Source: Acidimicrobiia bacterium | Lineage (GTDB): Bacteria; Actinomycetota; Acidimicrobiia; Spongiisociales; Spongiisociaceae | NCBI GenBank assembly: GCA_009841075.1 | Contig: VXMP01000048.1 | Location: 7,090 to 71,089 of the forward strand | Length of the DNA stretch: 64,000 nt | Direction of reading: 5' to 3' | Shown here: in pieces, positions 18,830 to 29,229 of the stretch | Numbering within the stretch: position 1 is the first letter of the stretch | Layout of the letters: each line of letters starts with the position of its first letter | Made by a program: the position numbers and the translations under genes | The notes under the pieces: generated by a model | Databases searched by the model: none | The model's input: the letters and a program-made list of their open reading frames with translations, nothing else | What the model was told of the DNA's origin: nothing

Positions 18830-20123
18830 GCGGGACCGCCCCGGCCGTCATCACCCGTCCGGAAGCCGCAGCCAACCATCCCACTGTCAAAGGCCCGTCG
18901 GCGGATACCCGAACCGCCGTTGTGTCCTGGTCGGTGAGATGGACAGACCGCAACGAGTTGGCGGGCAGGTCGATGATTCGGGTTCGGGTTTGCCCGTCCG
19001 GACTGAGGGTGGTGTACTGCAGGATCAGTGGGTTGACCCCGGCGTTAAGGAACCGAATCCGGCTACCTGCCGGCACCACCCCGGGACCGGGCACCAACCA
19101 GGTGGTGGCGGTGGTACGAGCCCCTACCGTCGCCGACACACCGGTTTCGGATCGGCCGATGATCATCGCTCCGAACGGGCCGTCGCCGGTCACCCGAATA
19201 CCCGAACCGGCTTCCGTATCATCCAAGGGCACCCTGACCTGCCCTAATCCTTCGATGCTTCCCGGCAAAACCGGCCCGGTACTTCCCGACTCATCGAAGT
19301 ATTCCAACTGGTATTCGACCGATAGGGAGGCTTCGTTGGTCATTACCAGATGGCTGTTCAATCCCGCCACACCGGCCACCGGAAACTCCCAGGCCTCTCC
19401 GGCACCCGAGCCAGGCCAGACCGCCAGATCGGTACCGATGTCGTAGATCATCATTGGGATGACCCGGCCTTGGACGGGCCGGACGATTACCGACAGGGAC
19501 TCTCTTCGGGGAAGATGCTCCTCCAGGGCGACTATCCGGGTTTGCCGGGCCGGAACCGTCAAAAATTCCAGCGCTTCGGTGGCCTCTATTCCCAGCTCGC
19601 TGAAGGCCCAAATATCGACTCGGGCGTCGGTGGCGAACGGATTGAAGAGCCGCAGCACCAGGCTTTCGCCCTCCAGGGTGGAGCCTCCCGGTAGATGCCA
19701 GGAATCCGGGATCGCCGGTGAGCAAAGGTCTCCGGCCAGCAGGTCCTCGCCTGAGGAAACCACCCCGACGACCCCGGGGCTTCCGGAGAACTCCACCAAG
19801 GCCGAGCCCGCACCTACGTCGGTCAGGTTTTCGATCGTATCCGCAACATTCGGGGGCACCTCTCCGGTGAGCCGATCCTCGATTCGCCCACCCTGGAAGG
19901 GGGTAATGTCGTAGGAGGCCGGACCGACCGCCGCCAGGATGTGGGTGGAAGTAATGATGCTGTCCGACCATGACCAGGGGCAATAGGCGTTATAGGAACC
20001 ACCGCCTGCCGGACCTGCCGAGGTATCGGTAGTTTCTGCCGGAGAGGTGGATTCGGGAGGGCCCTGCATCACGGCACCGGCCGTCAGCAACGCCGCTATA
20101 ACCAGTGCGGTAATACGGGTCAT
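18822..20123 (-). CDS. Secreted DUF5719-like protein
   Basis: ATG 20123 coupled to the GT2 stop. Signal peptide; WHLPGGST...LRLFNPFATDA pattern. Confidence 0.65.
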   Translation of the reverse strand: MTRITALVIAALLTAGAVMQGPPESTSPAETTDTSAGPAGGGSYNAYCPWSWSDSIITSTHILAAVGPASYDITPFQGGRIEDRLTGEVPPNVADTIENLTDVGAGSALVEFSGSPGVVGVVSSGEDLLAGDLCSPAIPDSWHLPGGSTLEGESLVLRLFNPFATDARVDIWAFSELGIEATEALEFLTVPARQTRIVALEEHLPRRESLSVIVRPVQGRVIPMMIYDIGTDLAVWPGSGAGEAWEFPVAGVAGLNSHLVMTNEASLSVEYQLEYFDESGSTGPVLPGSIEGLGQVRVPLDDTEAGSGIRVTGDGPFGAMIIGRSETGVSATVGARTTATTWLVPGPGVVPAGSRIRFLNAGVNPLILQYTTLSPDGQTRTRIIDLPANSLRSVHLTDQDTTAVRVSADGPLTVGWLAAASGRVMTAGAVPLE

Positions 20124-22903
20124 GTCGACGGTTCCTCGCGTTTGGTTTCCGGGATAAGTAACGACAATGCCAGTAGCAGGAGTGTGAACAAACCGGCCGC
20201 CCGGGCTTGAAGCCGGTAGGAAGAGACGCCTTCGAAGACGGCGGCACCGGATTCGGCCGACACCAGGTTGGCCCAACCGTCCTGTTCCCAGGGCTCGGGA
20301 CCCCATCCCGGGTCGGCGTTTTCCGCGATCCGCACCTGCCCGGGGGTGGGTTCGCCTTGGTAGTCGGGGACGGCCCATGACCAGGCCACTCCCGAGTCGG
20401 TCACTGCCCGATAGGAGGGAACCTGGTTTTCCCATACCCCGCCGGACTCTCCTACATACAATCCGACCAGAGGATTCATGTCCAGTTGGGTCGCCATAGA
20501 TTCGGTCAGGGGGCTGGGGCCGGTAGCGACCAACCAGCGAATCCCGAAGCCGGACAGATGTTGGCCAGGACGGATCTCGTCGCTCGCCATAATGTTGGTA
20601 AGGGTTTCCTCCAGGGCGATATCCCCCAACCTGGGAGCGGGAAGCCAGGCCTGGGCGTAGTCAAGGGTGCCGCTCAGCAGGCGATAGGGGGTTCCGTCGG
20701 ACAAGAGACGATGTTGGCCGGGAATGGTTTCCGCCGGTCCGGTCACCAACATCCGGTCGGCACCGTGGGCTTCGCTACGCCCGACCGCAAAGCCCAGGGT
20801 TTCGAATCGGTCGTCCGGCAGGCCCATTCGTCCGGCCGGAATAGGGATCAAGGTACTGAGCCCGACCAGCAGAGCGGCCACCAGGGTGGCATAGGCGAAG
20901 AAGCTCCGCCACAGCGGTACCTCCAGACCGAGAGAGGAGGGAAGGTCTATGGCAGCGGCGGTTATCAAGGCCAATCCGAGCGCCATGGCCAATAGACCGG
21001 CCACGCTAGCTTCCCGACCCACCCCTAGGTCGGACGAACTGGACAGGAAGACACCGGCCGATCCGATTATCCCGCCCGCCATCCCCACTTTCAATGCCCC
21101 ACCCTGTCCGAAGAACATGGTCCCGGCCGCCACGGCCACAAGCGGTATATAAACCCACCACGAGGGGGCGGGGTGGAAGGGGGTGCCGGCGGTGATAATC
21201 TCTCCTGCCCCATGCACCCCCAGCCAGGGGAACAGTACGGGAAGGCTCAACAAAAATCCTGCCGAGCCGATCACCAGCGGCCGGAGGCGGCGGGAAAGCC
21301 CTGACCAGACCAGTCCGAACAACAGGGGCAAAACCACCGCAACCGGAACAAATACGGCCGAGGCGATGGTCGCCAAACCTACCCGCGCCGTTCGTTTTAT
21401 CCGGCCCGGTACGGTCTCAGGAAGGGGGGCGATCACCCCGACCAACGCCCACGGCAGCCCACCCAGACCCAACAGGGCGGGCCAGTAGCCCTCTCCGGCC
21501 AGGTAAATGAGGGGGAATCCGGCCACATACACCGCCCCGGCTATCAGGCGAGCACCTGGACTAAGACCCAGTCGGCGCACCAGCGCAATGATGCCCGCCA
21601 GTCCCAAGGAAACGGCCCCGACGGTTAGCCCGCCCGCCGCCAACCCGGGCCGGTTGCCCAGGATCAGCTGGATCAGAGCGGTAGCACCTACCGAAGGATG
21701 CAGCGGTTCGGGGCTTCCCAATCCCCCTGGGTGCCAGCCTCCTGTGTAGACTCGCAGGGTATCCCAGGCCGATTCGGCCAGAGGCAGCACAAACCCGATG
21801 GCGGGTAGACCGTCGGTGATGATGGAGCGGTTGAGCATCAGGATAAGGGCGATTCCCAGCACCGTGGTTATGAAGTCGGGACGCTGCCATAGGGCCGGAC
21901 CCGGGTCGTCCGACTCGTCAACCTCATAGCCCGTCCCCAACAGGGTTCCCAACTCGGACCCGATCCGGCCCAGCTCCAACGACCCCTTTAGCTGGTAGCG
22001 GAACAGCTCGGCGTCGGATTTTAGCGAGGTAGAAGGGGCCCGACGGCGGGCCGCCCAACTGGAAGGAAGGTGGAGCAGGTTCCAAGCCCAGGTACGAACC
22101 CAGTCCAAGAACGCCGCCGGTGCACCTTTGAAAAGCAGATAGACCCATTGGGCCAGCCCGACCAGAAACAAACCGGGTAGGGCCCATAGGAGGGTGGCGA
22201 TCGAATAGGTTTTTAGCATCACCCGGAGGCGGCCGGCCTGTTCCCGCCAGGTCATAGCCCGATTGGCACCGCCCACCGGAGAAAACACTTCCGAGGCGGG
22301 GGTCACCACCACCCGACCACCTACCACCCGGGTCCGCTGACAAATATCCAAACCGAACGACAGGTAGGGCAGGGAATGATCCAATCCGCCCAGGCCTTCG
22401 ACCAAATCTCGTCTGACCAGTAGGGAAGCCGGCTCCAGGAAGGCCACGTCTCGGATAACCTCGAATTGTTCCTGGTCGATCTCGCCGTGTTCCAGTCCGG
22501 AATGAGGGAACCCGAACACATCGGTGGCACCCCCCACCGACCGGAGTCGGTCGGGATGGTCGGCGTCCAGGATCTTGGAACCCACCACCGATGCCTCCAG
22601 CCTTTCGGCCGCCTCCACCAGGGCCTCCAAAGCGTCCGGCCGGGCCGTGGTACGGGCGTCCAGCATCCATAGGTAAGGGACGGTCGGGTCCAGGGTGCCC
22701 AGTGCGTCCGACAAACGCCTAAAGGTTCTCGACCCGGAGTCCTCTGCGGCCGGCGGCGGCCTATCATCGGAGATGACTACCACGTCTTCGACCTCGTAGA
22801 CTTGTTGGCGGATAGTCTCCGATACGGCGGAGATATCTTCGCCTCGGCGTGCTACAACCACCGCTAGAACACGCGGTTTAGGGCTTGGCGAGGGCTGGTC
22901 CAT
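20120..22903 (-). CDS. GT2-like glycosyltransferase with large C-terminal membrane domain
   Basis: N-terminal GT-A fold (VGSKILD, GEIDQEQF, SLLVRRDL, GLDICQR) plus multiple TM segments. Confidence 0.75.
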   Translation of the reverse strand: MDQPSPSPKPRVLAVVVARRGEDISAVSETIRQQVYEVEDVVVISDDRPPPAAEDSGSRTFRRLSDALGTLDPTVPYLWMLDARTTARPDALEALVEAAERLEASVVGSKILDADHPDRLRSVGGATDVFGFPHSGLEHGEIDQEQFEVIRDVAFLEPASLLVRRDLVEGLGGLDHSLPYLSFGLDICQRTRVVGGRVVVTPASEVFSPVGGANRAMTWREQAGRLRVMLKTYSIATLLWALPGLFLVGLAQWVYLLFKGAPAAFLDWVRTWAWNLLHLPSSWAARRRAPSTSLKSDAELFRYQLKGSLELGRIGSELGTLLGTGYEVDESDDPGPALWQRPDFITTVLGIALILMLNRSIITDGLPAIGFVLPLAESAWDTLRVYTGGWHPGGLGSPEPLHPSVGATALIQLILGNRPGLAAGGLTVGAVSLGLAGIIALVRRLGLSPGARLIAGAVYVAGFPLIYLAGEGYWPALLGLGGLPWALVGVIAPLPETVPGRIKRTARVGLATIASAVFVPVAVVLPLLFGLVWSGLSRRLRPLVIGSAGFLLSLPVLFPWLGVHGAGEIITAGTPFHPAPSWWVYIPLVAVAAGTMFFGQGGALKVGMAGGIIGSAGVFLSSSSDLGVGREASVAGLLAMALGLALITAAAIDLPSSLGLEVPLWRSFFAYATLVAALLVGLSTLIPIPAGRMGLPDDRFETLGFAVGRSEAHGADRMLVTGPAETIPGQHRLLSDGTPYRLLSGTLDYAQAWLPAPRLGDIALEETLTNIMASDEIRPGQHLSGFGIRWLVATGPSPLTESMATQLDMNPLVGLYVGESGGVWENQVPSYRAVTDSGVAWSWAVPDYQGEPTPGQVRIAENADPGWGPEPWEQDGWANLVSAESGAAVFEGVSSYRLQARAAGLFTLLLLALSLLIPETKREEPST

Positions 22904-22969
22904 TAGACCCCAATATTGCTACAGAATGAGCTATCCCACAATAATCATGCTCCCCCGATTTTCCTGCCT

Positions 22970-23911
22970 ATGACCGACGAGGTGCGCGTGGTGGTCTTGT
23001 CGGGTGGGGTGGGCGGTGCCCGGCTGGCCCGAGGTTTCGAATACCTGGAGGGGGTGGAGGCCACAGTGGTGGTGAACGTAGGTGATGACGACACTTTTTA
23101 CGGTTGGTCGGTTTCCCCTGATATCGACACTGTCCTTTATACGCTGGCGGAAATCGAGGGCCCACCGGGCTGGGGTAGGGCCGACGACAGCTACTTCCTG
23201 ATGGATCACCTGGACACCTTCGGGGTTGACACCCGATTTCGGATAGGCGACGCCGACGCCGCCCTCAACCTCTACCGGACCATGCGGCTCCAGGCGGGTG
23301 ATCCCCTGCATGCCGTCACCACCGATTTAGCCGCCATGATGGGCCTTTCCTCCCGGGTGCTACCCGCCACCAACGATCGGTTGCGAACCCGGGTGCGGGT
23401 CGGAACCAAGGGTTGGATGGACTTTCAGGAATATTTCGTCCTAGGCGGCCACCAGGACCGGGTGGACGAGGTGCGGTTCGTCGGTCAGGAAGCCGCCCGG
23501 GCCGCTCCCGGGGTGGTAGAAGCAATTGTCGGGGCCGACATGGTGGTTATCGCTCCTTCCAATCCTCCCCTTTCGGTCTGGCCGATCCTGGCGGTCACCG
23601 AGATCGCCGCCGCGGTGGGTCGGGCCTGTCCGGTTATGGCGGTTAGCCCTTTGTTCGGGGGCCGGGCTCTCAAAGGCCCGACCGACCAGGTTCTCAACTC
23701 GCTGGGGTTTCCGCCCGGCCATGCCGGAGTGCTGGCCGCCTATCCCGGCCTGATCCGGGATTTTTTCATCGACCATGAAGACCAGGAGGAACAGTCGGCG
23801 TTGGCCGAGACAGGGGTGTCCGTCCACGTTGAATCAACTCGGATAGCCGGTCGGGAACAGGCGATCGGGTTAGCCGGAAGGATCGTCGAAGTAGCCCAGG
23901 GTTCGCCATGA
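22970..23911 (+). CDS. cofD: 2-phospho-L-lactate transferase (F420 biosynthesis)
   Basis: LSGGVGGARL, VNVGDD, SPDIDTVLY, FQEYFV, APSNP, LKGP. Confidence 0.92.
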   Translation: MTDEVRVVVLSGGVGGARLARGFEYLEGVEATVVVNVGDDDTFYGWSVSPDIDTVLYTLAEIEGPPGWGRADDSYFLMDHLDTFGVDTRFRIGDADAALNLYRTMRLQAGDPLHAVTTDLAAMMGLSSRVLPATNDRLRTRVRVGTKGWMDFQEYFVLGGHQDRVDEVRFVGQEAARAAPGVVEAIVGADMVVIAPSNPPLSVWPILAVTEIAAAVGRACPVMAVSPLFGGRALKGPTDQVLNSLGFPPGHAGVLAAYPGLIRDFFIDHEDQEEQSALAETGVSVHVESTRIAGREQAIGLAGRIVEVAQGSP

Positions 23912-24612
23912 CCGTATCCGTAATCCCCCTGAACGGTATACCGGAAGCCGAACCAGGAGACGATGTGTCCCGACTGATCGTTAAAGGTTTGAGGGCGTCT
24001 CAGGTGGAATTGTGGTCCGGCGATGTTCTGGTGGTGACCCACAAACTGGTCTCAAAGGCCGAAGGTCGAATCGAAGAGATCGGCGATTCACCCACTGCCC
24101 GCCAACGGCTGATCGAACGAGAGGCGGCGGCTATTTTGAGACGACGAGATGATCTGATTATCACCGAAACCCGGCATGGGTTCGTGTGCGCCAACGCCGG
24201 TGTGGACAAGTCGAATATCGGCCCCGGGCGGGCGGTTCTGCTGCCTTTCGACCCGGATAGATCAGCCCGCCGAATCCGGATCCGGCTTCAGCGGGTCTAC
24301 GGGGTGACGATCGGTGTGATCATCACCGACACTTTCGGCCGGGCCTGGCGGCACGGTTTAACGGACGTGGCCATCGGGGTGGCCGGCCTACCTGCCGTGG
24401 TGGACTATCGGGGAACTTCCGACACTTATGGAAACACGCTGGAGGTGACCGAGGTGGCGATAGCAGATGAGTTGGCCGCCGCCGCCGACCTGGTTATGGG
24501 AAAGGCCCGTGGCATACCGGCTGCGGTTATCCGAGGAGTGGAGTACCGAGCTGACGAGTCGGCCTCGGCCGCCGACCTGGTGAGGGACCCGGCACTGGAT
24601 ATGTTCCGGTAG
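23908..24612 (+). CDS. cofE: Coenzyme F420-0:L-glutamate ligase
   Basis: KLVSKAEGR, CANAGVDKSN, ITDTFGRAWR, ADELAAAADLVMGK. Confidence 0.92.
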   Translation: MTVSVIPLNGIPEAEPGDDVSRLIVKGLRASQVELWSGDVLVVTHKLVSKAEGRIEEIGDSPTARQRLIEREAAAILRRRDDLIITETRHGFVCANAGVDKSNIGPGRAVLLPFDPDRSARRIRIRLQRVYGVTIGVIITDTFGRAWRHGLTDVAIGVAGLPAVVDYRGTSDTYGNTLEVTEVAIADELAAAADLVMGKARGIPAAVIRGVEYRADESASAADLVRDPALDMFR

Positions 24613-24617
24613 ATCTT

Positions 24618-25574
24618 TCAGCGGTTGAGATCTGCCCTTGATTTGGCCGCCAGGAGGAACCGGGCGGCCATGAGGTCGAGATGTCCTCCCCCGGCATTCT
24701 TGAAAAGGGTTATTTCCTGGTCGGAACGGCGGGCTGGTACGTCACCCGAGACCAGCTGGAACAGGTCACCGATCAGGTCGTCCGTGGTTATCACTCGGGA
24801 GTCGATCGGTAGGCGAATTTCGCCGGTATCGAGAGCAGTGGCCCGCAGATCGACGTATATAAGGGATCGGGCGATAGCGGCATCATCGACTTCTCTCATA
24901 TGAGGGCGATACGAACCCACCAGGTCGAGGTGGGTTCCTGGGCTCAGCCATTCCCCTCGAATCAGCGGTTCCACCGTCATCGTTGCGCAGGAGATCAGGT
25001 CGGCTTCCTGGACGGCTTCGGCCAGGTCGGTGGCGATTCCCAGGTCGGTGACGCCGGTGGGTAGATCCTCCCCGAGTTCGGAGGCCAGCGCCTCGGCTCG
25101 GGCCTGAGTACGGTTCCACATCCGGATTTTTTTGATGGATGGGCAGGTGGCGGTGTGCGCCCTGATCAGGTGGGGTGCCATGGCACCGGCACCGACCATC
25201 AGCATGGTGCGGGCGTTTCGGTCGGCCAGGTAGCTGGACGCCAGCGCCGAATCGCAGGCCGTCTTGAACCAGGTGAGGGCGTTTCCGGTTATAGCCGCCT
25301 GCTCCTCACCGGTCATCGGGTCGAACAGCACATAGACCGTGTTGACAGTGGGCAGGTCGCGATTGGCCGGAAAAACCGTGGCCAGCTTTACCCCCAGGCC
25401 GGTGCCAGGTTGGGAACCTACCCGGGCCAGCAGGAGGTTGCCGGTGCCGTCTTCGGCGAACAGGTCGTTGACCCGGGCAGGCGGAAGGTGGTGTTGGGAC
25501 TCGAAAAAGTCGATCAAAGGCCGGTAGTCGAAAAGCTCCAACGCTTCTTCTGGAGAGATAACCAGCATTCCCAT
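24618..25574 (-). CDS. Ornithine cyclodeaminase / mu-crystallin family protein
   Basis: GVKLATVFPAN, GAGAMA, HLDLVGSY, TLFKNAG. Confidence 0.85.
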   Translation of the reverse strand: MGMLVISPEEALELFDYRPLIDFFESQHHLPPARVNDLFAEDGTGNLLLARVGSQPGTGLGVKLATVFPANRDLPTVNTVYVLFDPMTGEEQAAITGNALTWFKTACDSALASSYLADRNARTMLMVGAGAMAPHLIRAHTATCPSIKKIRMWNRTQARAEALASELGEDLPTGVTDLGIATDLAEAVQEADLISCATMTVEPLIRGEWLSPGTHLDLVGSYRPHMREVDDAAIARSLIYVDLRATALDTGEIRLPIDSRVITTDDLIGDLFQLVSGDVPARRSDQEITLFKNAGGGHLDLMAARFLLAAKSRADLNR

Positions 25575-25648
25575 CTCCTAGAAATAATCGGGCCGCCCAC
25601 CCCGGTGAGTCGACGGCCCGATGTTCAACGGATGGCTGTTGTCTTGTT

Positions 25649-26071
25649 CTAATTGTCTCCTGAGGCCTGGCCGAACGCCATATCCCGCAACACGACCAGG
25701 AAGGCCAGGGCGTGGCCGAAGATGATGTGGCCGTAGAAGCTGGCACCGATATTGAACTGGAAGACATCGTTGCCCGCCACCAGCGGCATAATCAGATTGG
25801 CACCAATCACCCACCAGATCAGACCGTAGATCAGACCGCCCACCACAATATCCACCAACGGGTTACCCAGTTTTACAACCGACACGAAAAACGCCGTGTA
25901 GATGGCCCCGATGATGAGGCTGAAAACCACATGGAGGATGAAGCCTACGAAGTCGTTGGCGTCGATCATTCCCCCGATCATGTCCTGCATCCCCCCGCCT
26001 GCATAGGCCAGGAAAAGGTATCCGGCCATCACCCCGGGGACGACACCCCTTCTAAGGTTGGCAATATCCAT
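25649..26071 (-). CDS. Small 4-TM membrane protein
   Basis: Hydrophobic helices with conserved-looking His (GFILHVVFS, GHIIFG). Strong RBS. Confidence 0.65.
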   Translation of the reverse strand: MDIANLRRGVVPGVMAGYLFLAYAGGGMQDMIGGMIDANDFVGFILHVVFSLIIGAIYTAFFVSVVKLGNPLVDIVVGGLIYGLIWWVIGANLIMPLVAGNDVFQFNIGASFYGHIIFGHALAFLVVLRDMAFGQASGDN

Positions 26072-26236
26072 GACACTCCACCCCTTTCTTGAGGAATTGG
26101 TTTTCTTCAGGCTACCTGAAAGGCAGGTCTCAACGATTCATTTGCCCTCCAGAGCGACCCATATTTTGGTTAATCCGGCCGATGGGCATAATTTAGGCTT
26201 GCCAACCTTCGATAGAGGAAAGAAGCCTTCTTGTCT

Positions 26237-28249
26237 ATGGGGAGTTCCGCCCTGGATAACAACACAACCATCAAACCAGCCAGAGGCATCTTCAAAGCCG
26301 GCCTGATAGTTCTGATCTTGGCGATGGTGGCAGGATTGGTAGTGCCACCACCTTCAACCGCACAGGGTCCGGTCGGCGTATCCGGCCCGGAGACCATTGA
26401 AATCCAAAGCAACCAGGAGCGGTGGACCGGATGCGACGAAGCCTCCACCCCCTTTATCCTGCTTTGCCGGGTATACGACGAGATCAAGGAAAACTTCTAC
26501 GCCCAGGTTTCGGACCAACAACTGGTGGAGGGTGCGGCTCGGGCGGTCCAGGAGGCCGACCTAGCCTCTCGACCTCGGGAGGTTATACCCCCTCTATGTG
26601 CCCTACCTTCACCCGCCTTCTCGACGGTTTGTGATCTGATCGACCGATCGAACAATACTTCTGCGGCGGTCTGGGCGGCAACGGAAGGGATGGTTAGGGC
26701 CTTGAACGACCCGATCTCCGGTTTGCTGTCGCCTAGCCAATACCAATCCTGGCAGAACCTCCAGGGCTTGTCGGCTTCCTACGTCGGCATAGGGGTCCGG
26801 GTGGGTATCCACGACGGAAACTCCGGATGCCGTACCTTGACCGAAACCTGTCGGCTCACGGTCACCGATGTCATCGAAGACAGCGGGGCCGAAGAAGCCG
26901 GGTTGATGCCAGGTGACGTGATCCTGAAAATCGGAGGGGTCACCCCCCAAGGAGATGGGTGCGGTCTGGATGAGTTAGACCAGTTCTCGGTGGGTATGCC
27001 GGTTGAGGTGACCATCCAGCGGGGTACCGAAGTAATTGCCTACATCATCCCGGCCCGACTTTTAACTCCTGGGGTGGCCTGGGGGCTGGTTGTGGACGAC
27101 AATATCGGCTACATACGCCTCCACGAATTCGACCTGGTGGCCGACCGGGTGTTCTCCGAACAGTTGGAGGAGCTCCTGGACGAAGGGATCGATGCTTTGG
27201 TAATCGATTTGCGCTCCAACCCGGGCGGCTATCTGGGATCGACCCAAAATATCGCCTCCCTGTTCCTTGACGACCAGGATTTGATAGCCCGGCTAACCAT
27301 CTCCGACGGCTCCACCGAGTTGGTACGGGCTGAACGTAAACCACAAACGCCTGACGCCAGGGAGATTCCTCTGACCGTGGTGGTTAACAACCGATCCGCT
27401 TCCGGCTCCGAAATGCTGGCTCTGGCGCTCCGACATTACGGACATGAGCTGGTAGGAACCACCACTTTCGGTAAGACCACCGGACAAACCACCAAAGCCA
27501 TCACCGATCGCAGCGGGATGCCGATCGGTGCTCTTCGGCTTTCCATTATCCGCTGGGTCGGGCCCGATAACTCCTCTGCCACCGGCGGGATCGTGCCGGA
27601 CCGGATGATCGAATTTGCTACCTGCGCCCATCCCGTAACGGTCGCTCTGGAAGCCACCTCGGAGGAGAGCCCCTCCGCCGGGCAGGAACCTCCGCAGGGA
27701 GCTTTCGACGACGACAACGGGAAGGTTGCTGAAGAGGCCCTCAACCGGTTGGCCGGCCTTGGGGTGTTCGAAGGAACCGAATGCGGGGCGCGGGCAATTT
27801 GTCCGAACGCTCCCATCGCCCGATGGACCGCGGCGGTCTGGATCATCCGAGCCCTGGAAGAGCGGAGCTACCAACCTGAAGAGACTGTTTTTGCCGACGT
27901 AGTAGGGGAAGACTGGTGGTCGGGCTATGTACAACGCCTGTTTACTTTGGGTGCAACCAACGGATGTGCTACCGATCCGGCCCGTTTCTGTCCCGATCAG
28001 GTGATCAGCCGAGCCCAGATGGCGGCCCTTCTGGTGCGAATATTGGGTCTGGATGAGGCGGTATCGGCCGGATTCACCGATACGGTGGGCATCACGCTCG
28101 AATCCGAAATAGATTCTCTGGCTGCGTCCGGTATCACCACCGGCTGTTCCACCAATCCGGATCGATTCTGTCCGAAACTCCCTCTGACCAGGGGGCAGAT
28201 GGCGTTATTTATCGACCGTGCTCTCCAGGAATTGGCCAAGGGTTCCTAA
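26237..28249 (+). CDS. S41 carboxyl-terminal protease with PDZ domain and C-terminal SLH-like repeats
   Basis: GIGVRV PDZ motif, IDLRSNPGG, SASGSE catalytic Ser, FGK Lys. SLH-like repeats (FCPDQVISRAQMA, FCPKLPLTRGQMA). Confidence 0.85.
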   Translation: MGSSALDNNTTIKPARGIFKAGLIVLILAMVAGLVVPPPSTAQGPVGVSGPETIEIQSNQERWTGCDEASTPFILLCRVYDEIKENFYAQVSDQQLVEGAARAVQEADLASRPREVIPPLCALPSPAFSTVCDLIDRSNNTSAAVWAATEGMVRALNDPISGLLSPSQYQSWQNLQGLSASYVGIGVRVGIHDGNSGCRTLTETCRLTVTDVIEDSGAEEAGLMPGDVILKIGGVTPQGDGCGLDELDQFSVGMPVEVTIQRGTEVIAYIIPARLLTPGVAWGLVVDDNIGYIRLHEFDLVADRVFSEQLEELLDEGIDALVIDLRSNPGGYLGSTQNIASLFLDDQDLIARLTISDGSTELVRAERKPQTPDAREIPLTVVVNNRSASGSEMLALALRHYGHELVGTTTFGKTTGQTTKAITDRSGMPIGALRLSIIRWVGPDNSSATGGIVPDRMIEFATCAHPVTVALEATSEESPSAGQEPPQGAFDDDNGKVAEEALNRLAGLGVFEGTECGARAICPNAPIARWTAAVWIIRALEERSYQPEETVFADVVGEDWWSGYVQRLFTLGATNGCATDPARFCPDQVISRAQMAALLVRILGLDEAVSAGFTDTVGITLESEIDSLAASGITTGCSTNPDRFCPKLPLTRGQMALFIDRALQELAKGS

Positions 28250-28260
28250 GAACAGCCGGA

Positions 28261-29229
28261 TCAACGGGGGCGGTTCTCGACGAACCAATCTACCGTGGCT
28301 TTGATTCCGTCCTTGAGGGCGATACGAGGTCTCCATCCCAGTTCTCGGCGAGCCCGGCTACATTCCAGCGCAGAACGAGGCACATCGCCGGGACGAGGGG
28401 GTCCATGGAAGGGTTTTCCCTTGAACCAGGCCGCATCGGCCACCATTCCGAACAGAGCCAAGGTGCTGGTCTCAACTCCGGTGCCGATGTTGTAGACGCC
28501 GCCCTCTTCCTGGTCTGCCGCCCGGACTATGGCGTCCACTACGTCGTCGACATAGACGTAGTCGCGGGTGTCGTGGCCGGATCCGAAGATGGTGGGGGGT
28601 TTACGCTCCCGGCAGGCGGCGGCGAAGATGGCCACCACTCCTCCCTCCCCCGAAGAATCCTGACGAGGTCCGTAGACGTTGGAAGGGCGGATTATGGAGT
28701 AGGCCGGCCCATGATGCCGGCCCCAGAAGTCCAGGTATTGCTCGGCGATCAGCTTGGAAAAACCGTAAGGGGATTCGGGACTTAAAGGGGCGTCCTCGGG
28801 GGTGGGAAGCGGTGCCTCCGACCCGTATATGGCCCCTCCGGTGGAGACGAAAACCAGTCGGGAGGTACCGGCGAGGCGGGCGCTCTCCAGCAGGTTCAGG
28901 GTGCCGATGACGTTGATGTCGGCGTCTCGGCCCGGTGAGGCTACCGAAGCCGACACCGAGGTCTGGGCGGCCAGATGGAAAATCCGATCCGGAGAATATT
29001 TGGCCACGGTGGCGGCCAGATGTTCGGAGCGGATATCGATCTGATGGATGGTGATATGGCCGAACCGGCGGGCATCATCCAGGTAGGAGAGCCTTCCGGT
29101 GGAAAGATTGTCCAGCACCATCACCTCCCAACCCTCCGCCACCAGCCGATCGACCAGATTGGATCCCAGGAAACCGGCCCCTCCGGTTACCAGCGCCCGT
29201 CCTTGGGTTGGTTCTCCTCGCCACATCAC
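28261..29229 (-). CDS. NAD-dependent epimerase (UDP-glucose 4-epimerase-like)
   Basis: GGAGFLG, STGGAIYG, YGFSK, NVYGPRQ. Confidence 0.88.
   Translation of the reverse strand: MMWRGEPTQGRALVTGGAGFLGSNLVDRLVAEGWEVMVLDNLSTGRLSYLDDARRFGHITIHQIDIRSEHLAATVAKYSPDRIFHLAAQTSVSASVASPGRDADINVIGTLNLLESARLAGTSRLVFVSTGGAIYGSEAPLPTPEDAPLSPESPYGFSKLIAEQYLDFWGRHHGPAYSIIRPSNVYGPRQDSSGEGGVVAIFAAACRERKPPTIFGSGHDTRDYVYVDDVVDAIVRAADQEEGGVYNIGTGVETSTLALFGMVADAAWFKGKPFHGPPRPGDVPRSALECSRARRELGWRPRIALKDGIKATVDWFVENRPR

Noticed and set aside
26075-26165. Glycine riboswitch upstream of the membrane protein (CTCTGGAG...CTTTCAGG on the minus strand)
   Set aside because: Lacks the GAAG junction and expected helices; only short hairpins are present.
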